DNA of 32,000 bases from Ruminococcus albus 7 = DSM 20455. Lineage in GTDB: Bacteria; Bacillota; Clostridia; Oscillospirales; Ruminococcaceae. Position 1 is the stretch's first letter, and every line of letters begins with the position of its first letter. This document shows positions 1 to 8,879 of this stretch, piece after piece. Where the stretch lies: positions 2,400,001-2,432,000 of the forward strand of contig NC_014833.1 in the NCBI RefSeq assembly GCF_000179635.2. The letters run 5' to 3'. The translations under genes were made by a program, and so were the position numbers. Under the pieces are notes generated by a model. It saw only the letters and a list, made by a program, of their open reading frames with translations, had not been told where the DNA came from and searched no databases.

Positions 1-2
1 AG

Positions 3-317
3 CTGATAGGCGCATGGGATTCAGTCGCATTCGTATCGGAGACAGAGGATTTCTCGCCCGAAAACAAGTACGACGATCTGTTTCTTAAATCCATGAAAAT
101 ACTACCTGACGGAGATCTGATACAGACATATATGGATAGTGAATGGCATGATAAATGGACTAAGGGTTATATCCTAAATCTTCACCGTACAACTGCTGCG
201 AAATATCAGATAACCGAAATTAACGGAACAGAATATTTATTCATGGAATGGAAAATGGGAAATTACATCTACGGCGGTATGAAACCGGACTATTATGTAT
301 TCAAGAGAAAAATATGA
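3..317 (+). CDS. hypothetical protein, C-terminal part (5' end outside the window)
   Basis: Frame 3 is open from base 3 to the TGA at 315-317. The listed 93..317 ORF is therefore only the Met-initiated tail of a longer gene. A terminator hairpin follows at 325-353. No family recognised by eye. Confidence 0.5.
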   Translation: MIGAWDSVAFVSETEDFSPENKYDDLFLKSMKILPDGDLIQTYMDSEWHDKWTKGYILNLHRTTAAKYQITEINGTEYLFMEWKMGNYIYGGMKPDYYVFKRKI

Positions 318-324
318 TTTATCT

Positions 325-353
325 TGCAGAGCTACACCGGCTCTGCATTTTTT
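325..353 (+). terminator. Rho-independent terminator
   Basis: 8-bp stem TGCAGAGC (325-332) / GCTCTGCA (340-347) with a 7-nt loop, followed by TTTTTT (348-353). It starts 8 nt after the stop codon. Confidence 0.7.
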
Positions 354-783
354 ATGCCCAATCACAAATATCCCATAATAATTTCACGATAAGAAAACTT
401 TTATGGCGCATATTGCTTCATGAGCACTGCAAATAAACTTTTTACATCTGAGTGCGCTATAGTATTATCGTGTGGGGGAGTAGTTCGGTTCTGCTACACT
501 CATGAATGAAGAATGGTGGGTATTAAGACAGGCTTGATGCTTTGTATTCTCAGAGAATATACAATCGGTTTGTGCTGCGTTGACCTGTTTCAATAACCTG
601 AGAAATCTCTGACCGATTTGCAGAACATTCTTGTCGGTGCTTATAACTCAGAGGATGTTTTCTGAGTCATTTTCGTGCATTGTATAATACGCTGTATAAA
701 AGATCGAACTTCCACGATAATTTGTGCAACACGCTTTATGCATCGGAAAGTAGCATTACTTTCAATCGATTTGCAAACATAAG

Positions 784-815
784 TTGGTGGAAAAAAGCTG
801 CTATTTTGATATAAT
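784..815 (+). promoter_or_regulatory. candidate SigA-type promoter (extended -10) upstream of the MFS gene
   Basis: TGaTATAAT at 807-815. The -35 is poor (TTGGTG 784-789 at about 20-nt spacing). This promoter would give a ~170-nt leader before the ATG at 988. Confidence 0.35.
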
Positions 816-987
816 ATCATCGAAAGAGAACGAACCGAGCGTAGAAAACTAAACCCGATTCGCAGTTCTTGTACGAATTTCACCAATTATCAGGTCGGCG
901 TAGTGGGCATCCTGACGATCCTGTTGCTGCAAATTCCGTCAGTCTGGCACTAAACATATACAAGGATATTAAGCATGGAGGAAACTT

Positions 988-2283
988 ATGAAGAACTTTA
1001 TCTACATTTGGATCGGAGAATTGATTTCAAGCATAGGAACGGGAATGACCTCATTTGCGCTGAGTGTCTATGTTTATCAGACATACGGCAACGCATCTGC
1101 AGTATCATTGGTGACATTACTCGCTTTTCTTCCAAGTATTTTGCTGAGTCCGATAGCCGGTTTACTTGCAGACCGTTTTAACCGAAGAATTCTGATGGTC
1201 TGCGGCGATTCGCTTTCAGCACTGGGTCTGATTTTCATACTGCTGAATATGCAGTTCGGAACCCTGCAGCTATGGATGATATGTGTCGGTGTGACTATAA
1301 GTTCCTTCTTTTCTTCCCTGCTGAATCCTGCATACAAAGCAACAATTACAGATCTGCTGACAGAAGAGCAATACGCAAAAGCAAGTGGAATGGTACAGAT
1401 CGCATCCTCGGCACAGTTTCTTATCTCGCCGTTTATTGCGAGTATTTTGCTTAGCTTTTACGATATCAGACTGATTCTTATGATAGATATCTGCACAATT
1501 ATCGTAACGGTCATTACGATTTTACTGGTCAACAGACATATCAAAGAAAAGCCACACAAGAAGGAGAACTTCAATGCGCTGAAGGATCTGAAAGAAGGCT
1601 TTGCCAGCGTGATCCGGCATCCCGGCATCCGTATACTTGTGTTTTTGATGTCCTTTGCCTGCTTCACCCTCGGGCTCTTGCAGACCATGCTTTCTCCGAT
1701 GGTTCTTTCATTTACGGATTCAAAGAGCCTCGGATATCTGGAATCGCTCAGTGCCATCGGTATGCTGGTCGGAAGTATCGTGATCGGCGTAATGTCCATC
1801 AAGAAAAACTTCTGCCGTGTGTTATTTATCGGTCTTGCACTAAACGGCCTCGGAATGATCGGAATCGGTATGACCTGCAATTTTAGGATTATAATATGCA
1901 GCGGTTTACTTATCTTTATAACACTTCCGTTTATAAATGTATCAGCAGATACTATGGCACGTATTAATATTCCGAATGAAGTACAGGGGCGTGCATGGGG
2001 TGTCATCAGTATCCTCTCACAGTTCGGATGTCTGCTTTCCTACGGCTTGTCAGGTATCATGGCAGACCATATATTCTGTCCGATGCTTGAAAACAATGGC
2101 ATCCTTGCAAACAGCTTCGGAAGGATCTTCGGCACCGGTCACGGAAGAGGTATCGGTCTGATGGTGAGTATGTGCGGTGTTCTTGTACTTGTGGTTCTGG
2201 TGATCATGATGCGCTCGAAGGCACTGCGTGAGATGGATGTTACATCCGAAGAACCGGTTGAATCTGCAGCAATCACTAATTAG
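988..2283 (+). CDS. MFS transporter, DHA3/macrolide-efflux-like
   Basis: 431-aa ORF with GGAGGA 5 nt upstream of the ATG. It is highly hydrophobic with about 12 predicted TM segments. The N-terminal pattern IWIGELISSIGTGMTSFAL...LLADRFNRRILM is typical of MFS_3/DHA3 efflux proteins. Confidence 0.8.
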   Translation: MKNFIYIWIGELISSIGTGMTSFALSVYVYQTYGNASAVSLVTLLAFLPSILLSPIAGLLADRFNRRILMVCGDSLSALGLIFILLNMQFGTLQLWMICVGVTISSFFSSLLNPAYKATITDLLTEEQYAKASGMVQIASSAQFLISPFIASILLSFYDIRLILMIDICTIIVTVITILLVNRHIKEKPHKKENFNALKDLKEGFASVIRHPGIRILVFLMSFACFTLGLLQTMLSPMVLSFTDSKSLGYLESLSAIGMLVGSIVIGVMSIKKNFCRVLFIGLALNGLGMIGIGMTCNFRIIICSGLLIFITLPFINVSADTMARINIPNEVQGRAWGVISILSQFGCLLSYGLSGIMADHIFCPMLENNGILANSFGRIFGTGHGRGIGLMVSMCGVLVLVVLVIMMRSKALREMDVTSEEPVESAAITN

Positions 2284-2308
2284 GATCCCTTAGAATCGCA
2301 GAGTAAAT

Positions 2309-4678
2309 ATGTGGAGGATAGACCTTGAAATTATGAAAAAAAAGAAAATCGGAATCAGCGTAGTGCTGATGTTCTTCATTATGCTGTCGGTCTGTATGTT
2401 GTCTGCGGGAACGCTGATTCTGGTTCAGCTTTTCAGTGCGATCAACAATCTGTATGCTACAGCACAGCCGCCTCATTTTTTGCAGATGCATAAGGGCGGT
2501 GTTGATACAAATGTACTGGAAAATCTGGCGGAATCAGATCCGAACGTAACTGACTGGCAGCTTATGGAGATGCTGAATATTGACAATACGCAGATCTGGG
2601 TAACAAAGTCTGATGGTGTCAGAGTACCTTTTTCGGACTGCCTGATCGATCTTGGCATAATACGGCAGCCGGAAAAATACGATCTGCTGCTTGATACAGA
2701 GAATCAGCGTGTGACGCCTGCACGCGGCGAAATTGGTGTGCCGCTGATCCTGCTGGATCGGTATGATATGGAGATCGGAGATACGGTAACGCTGTCTGAC
2801 GGTAGTTTTACCATCGATCTGACCATTACGTCATTTTTGCGAGATGCGCAGATGAACAGTACCCTCTGTTCATCGACGCGTTTTCTGATGAATGAAGCGG
2901 ATTGGCAGGAAGTTCGATCAAATATGGGCTCCATCGAGTATATCATTGAATACTATTTTAATGATCCTGCATACGCGACGGAATTTCAGACTAAATACGA
3001 AAATTCAGGTATGCCGAAGGAGGGACAGGCAATTACATATACACTGCTGAAGCTTGTCAGCAGTCTGCCTGATCTTATGACAGTGGTAATCATGATTCTG
3101 ATGAGCATCATTCTGATGTTGATTTCCGCGATGTGCCTGCGTTTTACGATCCTCGCAGCAATGGAGGAAGAGATCGAGGATATCGGCATTCTGAAGGCGA
3201 TCGGAGTTTCTTTCCGTGATATTCGTAAGATGTATCTTTACAGATACCGTCTGCTCATAATAATCGGATGCATACTGGGCTGTCTGATAGCGGTACCCGT
3301 AAATAAGTTACTTGTTTCACATATCACAAATGCATTCGGAAAGCCGTCATTCAGTATACTGATGATATTATTTCCGCTGATTGCAGCCATAATTATATAT
3401 CTTGCGGACATTGCGATCTGCAAAAAGATCCTGAAGCGGGTAAAGAAAGTGTCTGTGATCGATACTATCAAAGGACAGGCGGAGGTCAAGCAGGCAGGAA
3501 AGAGAGATGCTGTAAGAAAAACAGCATCAGGCTCAATGAAGAAACTGCCTGTTGACTGGTGGATGGCATGGAAAAAGCTCCTGCTTCATAAGCGCTCATG
3601 GATGCTGCTGACATTCGTTGTAGCAGCGGCATACTGTATGATGCTGCTTTCAACGAATGTACTGACCACATTCCGTTCCCCAGAGTTTATCTCTTATATG
3701 GGACAACAGAAATGCGATATAATGATCAGCGTAACCTCTGCGGAAAGGCTGTCGGAGCGATATGATAAGGTCAGCTCCATGCTGAAAAACGATACCGCTG
3801 TAACGAAGATCGTGCAGGATGCATTTGTTGTACAGAGTGCTAAGAATCAGGACGGCGAATGGGAAAACATCCATATTGCCTGCTCTGGATCGGCAGGCAG
3901 CGGATTGCAGTACCTGGAAGGTAATGCGCCGCAACAGGCAGATGAAATTGCGCTTTCGTATCTTAATGCAAAGAAATACGGTGTCGGTGCAAACGATCCG
4001 CTGACCGTTGTCATTGATCGGAAAGAGATGACGCTGCAGGTCTGCGGTGTCTATCAGGATGTTTCAAACGGCGGTTATACTGCAAAAATGCAGACGCAGT
4101 ATGATCCGAAAGCGGTTTACCGCTATGATTTTCTTGTGAATTTTCAGGACGGCACAGATGTCTCTGCAAAGGCGGATGTATATTCAGAAGCACTCGGAAC
4201 AGATGCAAATGTGAAGAGTATGTACGTTTTTGTACAGCAGACACTTTCAGGTCTGACCGATCAGTTCGGCAGTGTGGTGAATGTGATCGTATCGGTAACG
4301 GTCGGTCTGATGATCCTCATCACAGAGCTGCTGATGCTCCTGATTCTGCTAAAAAACAGAAAACAGACTGCGATCCAGCGCGTGACCGGTTTCTCTGTAC
4401 GGGATATACGTAAGCAATATGTCATTCAGACACTGCTGGCTACATTCTTCGGTCTGATTCTGGGCACAGTTCTGGTGATACTGGTCGGAGAGAAGGCGGT
4501 AAGTGCAGTCATCGGCATGACAGGCATGGGTCTGCGCAGTCTGACTTTTATTTCAGTGCCTTGGCTGGTCTATCTGCTCTACCCGCTGCTGTTGCTGGCG
4601 GCTACACTGATCACAGCCTATCTGTGTACAAACAAGATCAAATCAGATGTGAAGCTGATGCAGCTGGTAAAAAGCTGA
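2309..4678 (+). CDS. ABC transporter permease with two FtsX domains (MacB/BceB-like)
   Basis: 789-aa ORF. Two FtsX-type motifs are present (ILKAIGVSFRDIRKMY and IQRVTGFSVRDIRKQY), each followed by TM helices, with large soluble segments between the TM blocks. The true start may be the ATG at 2333 (MKKKKIG...). Confidence 0.8.
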   Translation: MWRIDLEIMKKKKIGISVVLMFFIMLSVCMLSAGTLILVQLFSAINNLYATAQPPHFLQMHKGGVDTNVLENLAESDPNVTDWQLMEMLNIDNTQIWVTKSDGVRVPFSDCLIDLGIIRQPEKYDLLLDTENQRVTPARGEIGVPLILLDRYDMEIGDTVTLSDGSFTIDLTITSFLRDAQMNSTLCSSTRFLMNEADWQEVRSNMGSIEYIIEYYFNDPAYATEFQTKYENSGMPKEGQAITYTLLKLVSSLPDLMTVVIMILMSIILMLISAMCLRFTILAAMEEEIEDIGILKAIGVSFRDIRKMYLYRYRLLIIIGCILGCLIAVPVNKLLVSHITNAFGKPSFSILMILFPLIAAIIIYLADIAICKKILKRVKKVSVIDTIKGQAEVKQAGKRDAVRKTASGSMKKLPVDWWMAWKKLLLHKRSWMLLTFVVAAAYCMMLLSTNVLTTFRSPEFISYMGQQKCDIMISVTSAERLSERYDKVSSMLKNDTAVTKIVQDAFVVQSAKNQDGEWENIHIACSGSAGSGLQYLEGNAPQQADEIALSYLNAKKYGVGANDPLTVVIDRKEMTLQVCGVYQDVSNGGYTAKMQTQYDPKAVYRYDFLVNFQDGTDVSAKADVYSEALGTDANVKSMYVFVQQTLSGLTDQFGSVVNVIVSVTVGLMILITELLMLLILLKNRKQTAIQRVTGFSVRDIRKQYVIQTLLATFFGLILGTVLVILVGEKAVSAVIGMTGMGLRSLTFISVPWLVYLLYPLLLLAATLITAYLCTNKIKSDVKLMQLVKS

Positions 4679-4710
4679 TCGGCATATCAATAGCAGGAGA
4701 ATGAATAAAT

Positions 4711-5481
4711 ATGAACGATACAGCGATACTTCAAGCAAAAGCAATTCAGAAGTCTTATCAGCAGGCTAACGGACAGAAAATCGAGATCCTGAAAGGGATC
4801 GATCTGGAAATCATGCAGGGCGAGTTTGTAGCGATAATGGGGCAGTCAGGTTCCGGAAAGTCTACACTGCTCTATTGTATAAGCGGCATGGATCAGCTTT
4901 CAGGCGGCAGTGTGGTATACAACGGAAAAGAGATCCATACTCTGTCCGATGATGAGATCAGCAAGATCCGACTGCTGAATATGGGCTTTGTATTTCAGCA
5001 GTCCTATATGCTGAAAGATTTTACGATCAAAGAGAACATTATGCTTCCCGCACTGAAGGCAGGAAATGTTTCAAAGGAACAGGCAGAACTTAATGCACGA
5101 TCACGTATGGAACGTGTCGGGATCGGACATATTGCAGACAGCGATATCACGCAGGTTTCGGGCGGTCAGCTGCAGCGCGCAGCGATCTGTCGGGCACTCA
5201 TAAACCAGCCTCCTGTCCTGTTTGCCGATGAGCCAACGGGTGCATTAAATTCCAAATCGACTGGCGAGATCATGGAGATCTTCAATCAGGTCAATGCGGC
5301 AGGAACAACCATCATCATGGTCACGCATGATGTAAAAGTCGCTGCGCGTGCAGATAGAGTCATCTATTTGGAGGACGGTCAGCTTCGGCAGGAATATCAT
5401 CTCGGCAAATGGAATGCATCCGAAACGCTGCAGGAGCGAGAATCTTATTTGTTAAAATGGCTTCAGAAAAACGGTTTCTGA
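4711..5481 (+). CDS. ABC transporter ATP-binding protein (MacB/LolD-type)
   Basis: Walker A GQSGSGKST, signature VSGGQLQR and Walker B VLFADEPTGALN. AGGAGA RBS upstream. Located 32 nt after the permease stop. Confidence 0.9.
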   Translation: MNDTAILQAKAIQKSYQQANGQKIEILKGIDLEIMQGEFVAIMGQSGSGKSTLLYCISGMDQLSGGSVVYNGKEIHTLSDDEISKIRLLNMGFVFQQSYMLKDFTIKENIMLPALKAGNVSKEQAELNARSRMERVGIGHIADSDITQVSGGQLQRAAICRALINQPPVLFADEPTGALNSKSTGEIMEIFNQVNAAGTTIIMVTHDVKVAARADRVIYLEDGQLRQEYHLGKWNASETLQERESYLLKWLQKNGF

Positions 5482-5553
5482 TCAGATTGAAAGAATACAA
5501 CTGCTGCTTGCGGAAAGTTAAGTCTGCAGACAGCACGATAGTGCACAGCTGAC

Positions 5554-5582
5554 TTGCATTTACGTGGGATTTATGTTACAAT
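5554..5582 (+). promoter_or_regulatory. SigA-type promoter for the XRE-family gene
   Basis: TTGCAT (5554-5559), 17-nt spacer, TACAAT (5577-5582), with a TG at 5574-5575 (extended -10). It lies 48 nt upstream of the ATG at 5630. Confidence 0.6.
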
Positions 5583-5629
5583 AATCATAGATCAAAAGAC
5601 TGCTGTGTGCCGTCAAAAGGAGAACTAAT

Positions 5630-6520
5630 ATGAAATTTGCTGATAAGCTGAGAGAACTCAGAAAACAGGAAAAATTGTCACAGGAGGCACTAGCTGCAAA
5701 GATCGGAGTATCCCGTCAGGCCGTCACGAAATGGGAAACGGAAAGGGGTCTTCCGGATATCGGTAATATCATGGAATTATCCGCTTTGTTCGGTGTCACT
5801 GTCGAAGAACTGCTCGCGGCGGAGGAAACTATTGCCGTGAAACATGAGCCGTTCTATGAAAGCAGAACGGAATACGACATCGCCGGCAATAAGCGGATCG
5901 ATATGCAGCTCGGCGGTGCAAAGCAAATTTTGCTGAAAGGCACTGCAGAAGAAAAACTCATTGTGCGGCTGCTATCTCGCAGCATTGAGACTATTCGTCA
6001 GGATCTCAAGGTTCGGATCGAAGATGAAAGGCAGCGAATTGATGTTCGGGTAAAGTATATGAATCAGATGACAGAAGCTGCAGCCAAGGACGGGCTGGAG
6101 ATCGAGGTCATGCTTCCGAACCGCTACCTTGATCATCTGGAGATGAGGGCGGACTGTTCGGAACTGCGCATTGTGGATTTAAAATGCGATAATATCGAAT
6201 TTACAGGCAAAACAGAACATATATGCATTGAGGATCTGGAGGCTGAATTCGAGGTGGACTGCAATCACGATATCGATATTACCTGTAATGATCTGCACGG
6301 CTCACTTGCGCTGAATCAGATTTCGGCTTCGTCAGTGCTGTACTTACCGGCTGATTTTACGTTCCGCACAGTAGTCAAGGGCTTTGGCAATTCTATTATA
6401 TGGAGTGACGGCGAAAATGGAATTGCTGATTTTTCAACACCGGATGCAGAAAACTACATTGAGCTCAACGGCCTAAAAAGTACTCTGAAGATCATGCTAA
6501 GTACTGCATCGTTGAAATAA
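5630..6520 (+). CDS. XRE-family helix-turn-helix protein fused to a beta-rich C-terminal domain (DUF4097/LiaG-like)
   Basis: The N-terminus LRELRKQEKLSQEALAAKIGVSRQAVTKWETERGLPDI is a classic HTH_3 (Cro/C1) motif. The C-terminal ~200 aa consist of short alternating beta-like repeats (IEVMLP..LEMRADCSELRIVDLKCDNIEF...). They resemble the DUF4097 putative-adhesin fold, assigned by eye only. Confidence 0.7.
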   Translation: MKFADKLRELRKQEKLSQEALAAKIGVSRQAVTKWETERGLPDIGNIMELSALFGVTVEELLAAEETIAVKHEPFYESRTEYDIAGNKRIDMQLGGAKQILLKGTAEEKLIVRLLSRSIETIRQDLKVRIEDERQRIDVRVKYMNQMTEAAAKDGLEIEVMLPNRYLDHLEMRADCSELRIVDLKCDNIEFTGKTEHICIEDLEAEFEVDCNHDIDITCNDLHGSLALNQISASSVLYLPADFTFRTVVKGFGNSIIWSDGENGIADFSTPDAENYIELNGLKSTLKIMLSTASLK

Positions 6521-6537
6521 CCGTGAGGGATAACGTT

Positions 6538-6838
6538 TTGGTCTTTACTTATGTAGTGAATATCAGCGATATTGTCGTGTTTTCACAGGTTTCTACCCTG
6601 TGCGGTAACGTATCTAAGGAACGTATCGCACGGTTTCGGTACGACAAGGAAAAGATACGTTATTCTGATTAAACTTACATCCAAGACCTGGGAGAAAGAG
6701 GTGTTTCAACTAAACGTAAGCAATATATGGGTATACAGATCGGGAAATTTTTCCGCCAGGCAGACATTCACTAGTAAATACAACAACTTATACTCGGATG
6801 AAATCCCTGTAAAAATTCTTGGTGACTTCACATATTAA
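6538..6838 (+). pseudogene. possible decayed 5' fragment of an Sfp-type 4'-phosphopantetheinyl transferase gene
   Basis: TTG at 6538 lies 8 nt after GAGGG. It opens LVFTYVVNISDIVVFSQVSTLCGNVSKERIARFRYDKEKIRYSD*, which matches the usual PPTase N-terminus (..Y...IS......VS.ER..R..RF....DK.RSL). The frame then breaks and continues in the frame of the listed 6572..6838 ORF, ending after ~100 codons. PPTases are ~220 aa. Confidence 0.3.
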
Positions 6839-7057
6839 TTTTTGCTATATCCGCACTTGAATTACTTGTCGATCATGCTTCATCCGTCTTCAGCTATGGA
6901 AAATACACATCACTTAATACTTCTAATCAAATTGTTATATAAATTGTGATCTAAAAGTGATAGCAAAAAACTTCTCTGAGTGGAGGGTAAATATATACAA
7001 AAACGGTATAAAAAACTCGCTCCATAGTATCAAGGTGCTGACTTAATAAAAAATCTA

Positions 7058-7086
7058 TTGTAAATTGCAGAATTATATGTTATAAT
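7058..7086 (+). promoter_or_regulatory. SigA-type promoter for the sufC-like operon
   Basis: TTGTAA (7058-7063), 17-nt spacer, TATAAT (7081-7086), with TG at 7078-7079 (extended -10). Confidence 0.6.
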
Positions 7087-7151
7087 ATAAAAATCAGTTT
7101 GAAATAGGATATACTGTAATAAAAAATATTGATGAAAGGACGCATAAAGTA

Positions 7152-7883
7152 ATGCTGGAACTTAAAAAAATCTCTTTCAGCGCTGATGACGGCGGAAAAT
7201 CCTCCGATATCATACGCGGAATAGACCTTGAGATCCCTGACGATAAATTCATTGTTATAACAGGACCTAACGGCGGAGGAAAATCGACACTTGCCAAGAT
7301 AATCGCAGGTATCGTTCAGCCAACCGGAGGACAGCTTATATTCAACGGAACTGACATAACAAATATGAGCATCACCGACAGAGCTAAGGCAGGTATAGGA
7401 TTTGCTTTTCAGCAGCCTGTACGCTTTAAGGGTCTTACTGTGCTTGACCTTCTGAGAATAGCTGCGGGCAAGAATCTATCAGTATCAGAAGCTTGCTCTT
7501 ACCTGTCAGAAGTTGGTCTTTGTGCAAAGGATTACATCAAGAGAGAAGTAAATGCATCCCTTTCGGGTGGTGAGCTCAAAAGGATAGAGATAGCTACAGT
7601 AATGGCAAGAAATGTAAAACTAGCTGTCTTCGATGAACCTGAGGCAGGTATAGATCTCTGGAGCTTCAATAATCTTATACGTATTTTTGAAAATATGCGC
7701 AAAGCTGATAAAAACAGGACCGTCGTGGTCATATCTCATCAGGAGAGGCTGCTGAAGATTGCTGACGAAATAATCGTTCTTTCGGACGGTCAGCTTATCA
7801 AGAAGGGTCCTGCAGACGAGATACTCCCCGAGATAATGCACAGCAATTATGCACAGACTATCTGTCCTAAGATAGAAGATTAA
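7152..7883 (+). CDS. sufC: SufC-like Fe-S cluster assembly ABC ATPase
   Basis: Walker A GPNGGGKST, signature LSGGELKRIEIA and Walker B LAVFDEPEAGID. The SufC-like stretch DRAKAGIGFAFQQPV is present. A SufB/SufD-family gene follows directly. Confidence 0.7.
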   Translation: MLELKKISFSADDGGKSSDIIRGIDLEIPDDKFIVITGPNGGGKSTLAKIIAGIVQPTGGQLIFNGTDITNMSITDRAKAGIGFAFQQPVRFKGLTVLDLLRIAAGKNLSVSEACSYLSEVGLCAKDYIKREVNASLSGGELKRIEIATVMARNVKLAVFDEPEAGIDLWSFNNLIRIFENMRKADKNRTVVVISHQERLLKIADEIIVLSDGQLIKKGPADEILPEIMHSNYAQTICPKIED

Positions 7884-7896
7884 GGAGGCGCTGCAG

Positions 7897-8823
7897 ATGC
7901 TTAAAATGGACGCTGTACAGAAACAGCTTTTACAGGAAGTAGCTGAACTTCACGATATACCCGAGGGTGCTTACAATCTCCGCGCCAACGGTGAATCTGT
8001 AGGAAGAAATTCAACTGCTAATATAGAGATCGTCAGCAAGACAGATGTCAGCGGTATAGATATCAAGATCAAATCAGGCACAAAAAACGAGAGCGTACAC
8101 ATCCCTGTCGTACTAAGTGAAAGCGGTCTGAAAGAAACTGTATACAATGACTTCTATGTCGGTGAAGATTGTGATGTACTGATAGTTGCCGGCTGCGGTA
8201 TCGACAACTGCGGAAATCAGGATTCGGAACATGACGGCGTACACAGATTCTTTGTAGGAAAGAATTCAAAGGTAAGATATGTTGAAAAGCACTACGGTTC
8301 GGGCGACGGTACAGGAAAGAGAGTGCTGAATCCCGTTACCGAGGTATACATGGAGGAAAACAGCACCGTTGATATGGAAATGGTTCAGATAAAGGGTGTT
8401 GACTCCACTGACAGAAAGACCATTGCCGAGCTTAAAGAAGGTGCTAAGCTCAATGTACGTGAACGCTTGATGACACATGGTGAACAGCAGGCGCTGAGTA
8501 CCTATCAGGTATCCCTGAACGGCGAAGGCTCTGCTGCCGATGTAGTATCAAGATCGGTAGCCAGGGATGATTCTTATCAGAAGCTTGATCTTTGCATAAA
8601 CGGAAATGCAGCCTGCACAGGTCACACAGAATGCGATTCTATAATAATGGACAACGGCAGGATACTCGCTGTGCCCTCGCTTGAAGCAAACTGTGTTGAC
8701 GCAGCACTTGTACACGAAGCTGCTATAGGTAAGATAGCAGGCGAACAGCTTATCAAGCTGATGACTCTCGGACTTACAGAAACCGAAGCAGAAGAACAGA
8801 TAATCAACGGTTTCCTAAAATAA
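7897..8823 (+). CDS. SufB/SufD-family Fe-S assembly protein
   Basis: 308 aa, with an AAGGAGG RBS upstream. The C-terminal motif HEAAIGKIAGEQLIKLMTLGLTETEAEEQIINGF is characteristic of the SufB/SufD beta-helix family. Confidence 0.75.
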   Translation: MLKMDAVQKQLLQEVAELHDIPEGAYNLRANGESVGRNSTANIEIVSKTDVSGIDIKIKSGTKNESVHIPVVLSESGLKETVYNDFYVGEDCDVLIVAGCGIDNCGNQDSEHDGVHRFFVGKNSKVRYVEKHYGSGDGTGKRVLNPVTEVYMEENSTVDMEMVQIKGVDSTDRKTIAELKEGAKLNVRERLMTHGEQQALSTYQVSLNGEGSAADVVSRSVARDDSYQKLDLCINGNAACTGHTECDSIIMDNGRILAVPSLEANCVDAALVHEAAIGKIAGEQLIKLMTLGLTETEAEEQIINGFLK

Positions 8824-8831
8824 CAGAACAT

Positions 8832-8863
8832 AAAAAACGCACACGTCAAAGTGTGCGTTTTTT
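8832..8863. terminator. bidirectional Rho-independent terminator between convergent genes
   Basis: A-run 8832-8836, 8-bp stem ACGCACAC (8837-8844) / GTGTGCGT (8851-8858), 6-nt loop, then T-run 8859-8863. Confidence 0.8.
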
Positions 8864-8879
8864 ATAATTATGCAAGATT

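Noticed and set aside
641-886. 81-aa minus-strand ORF upstream of the MFS gene.
   Set aside because: It has no Shine-Dalgarno sequence and its composition looks odd. It overlaps the candidate MFS promoter and matches no recognisable family. It is treated as chance.
1458-2006. Long antisense ORFs inside well-supported genes: 1458..2006, 9509..9841, 19250..19750, 19925..20722, 21492..21884, 23126..23620, 23377..23745, 24076..24819, 28214..28873, 29016..29534 and 30878..31456.
   Set aside because: Each lies entirely within, and opposite to, a gene with clear family motifs. None has an RBS and their compositions are low-complexity or odd. They are shadow ORFs.
2333-2344. A8 homopolymer right after the alternative start of the FtsX permease, considered as a phase-variation tract.
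   Set aside because: It simply encodes the Lys-rich n-region (MKKKK) typical of membrane-protein N-termini. There is no evidence of length variation.
6572-6838. 88-aa plus-strand ORF as a genuine gene.
   Set aside because: It has a TTG start without an RBS. It is better explained as the out-of-frame continuation of the decayed PPTase-like fragment that starts at 6538.
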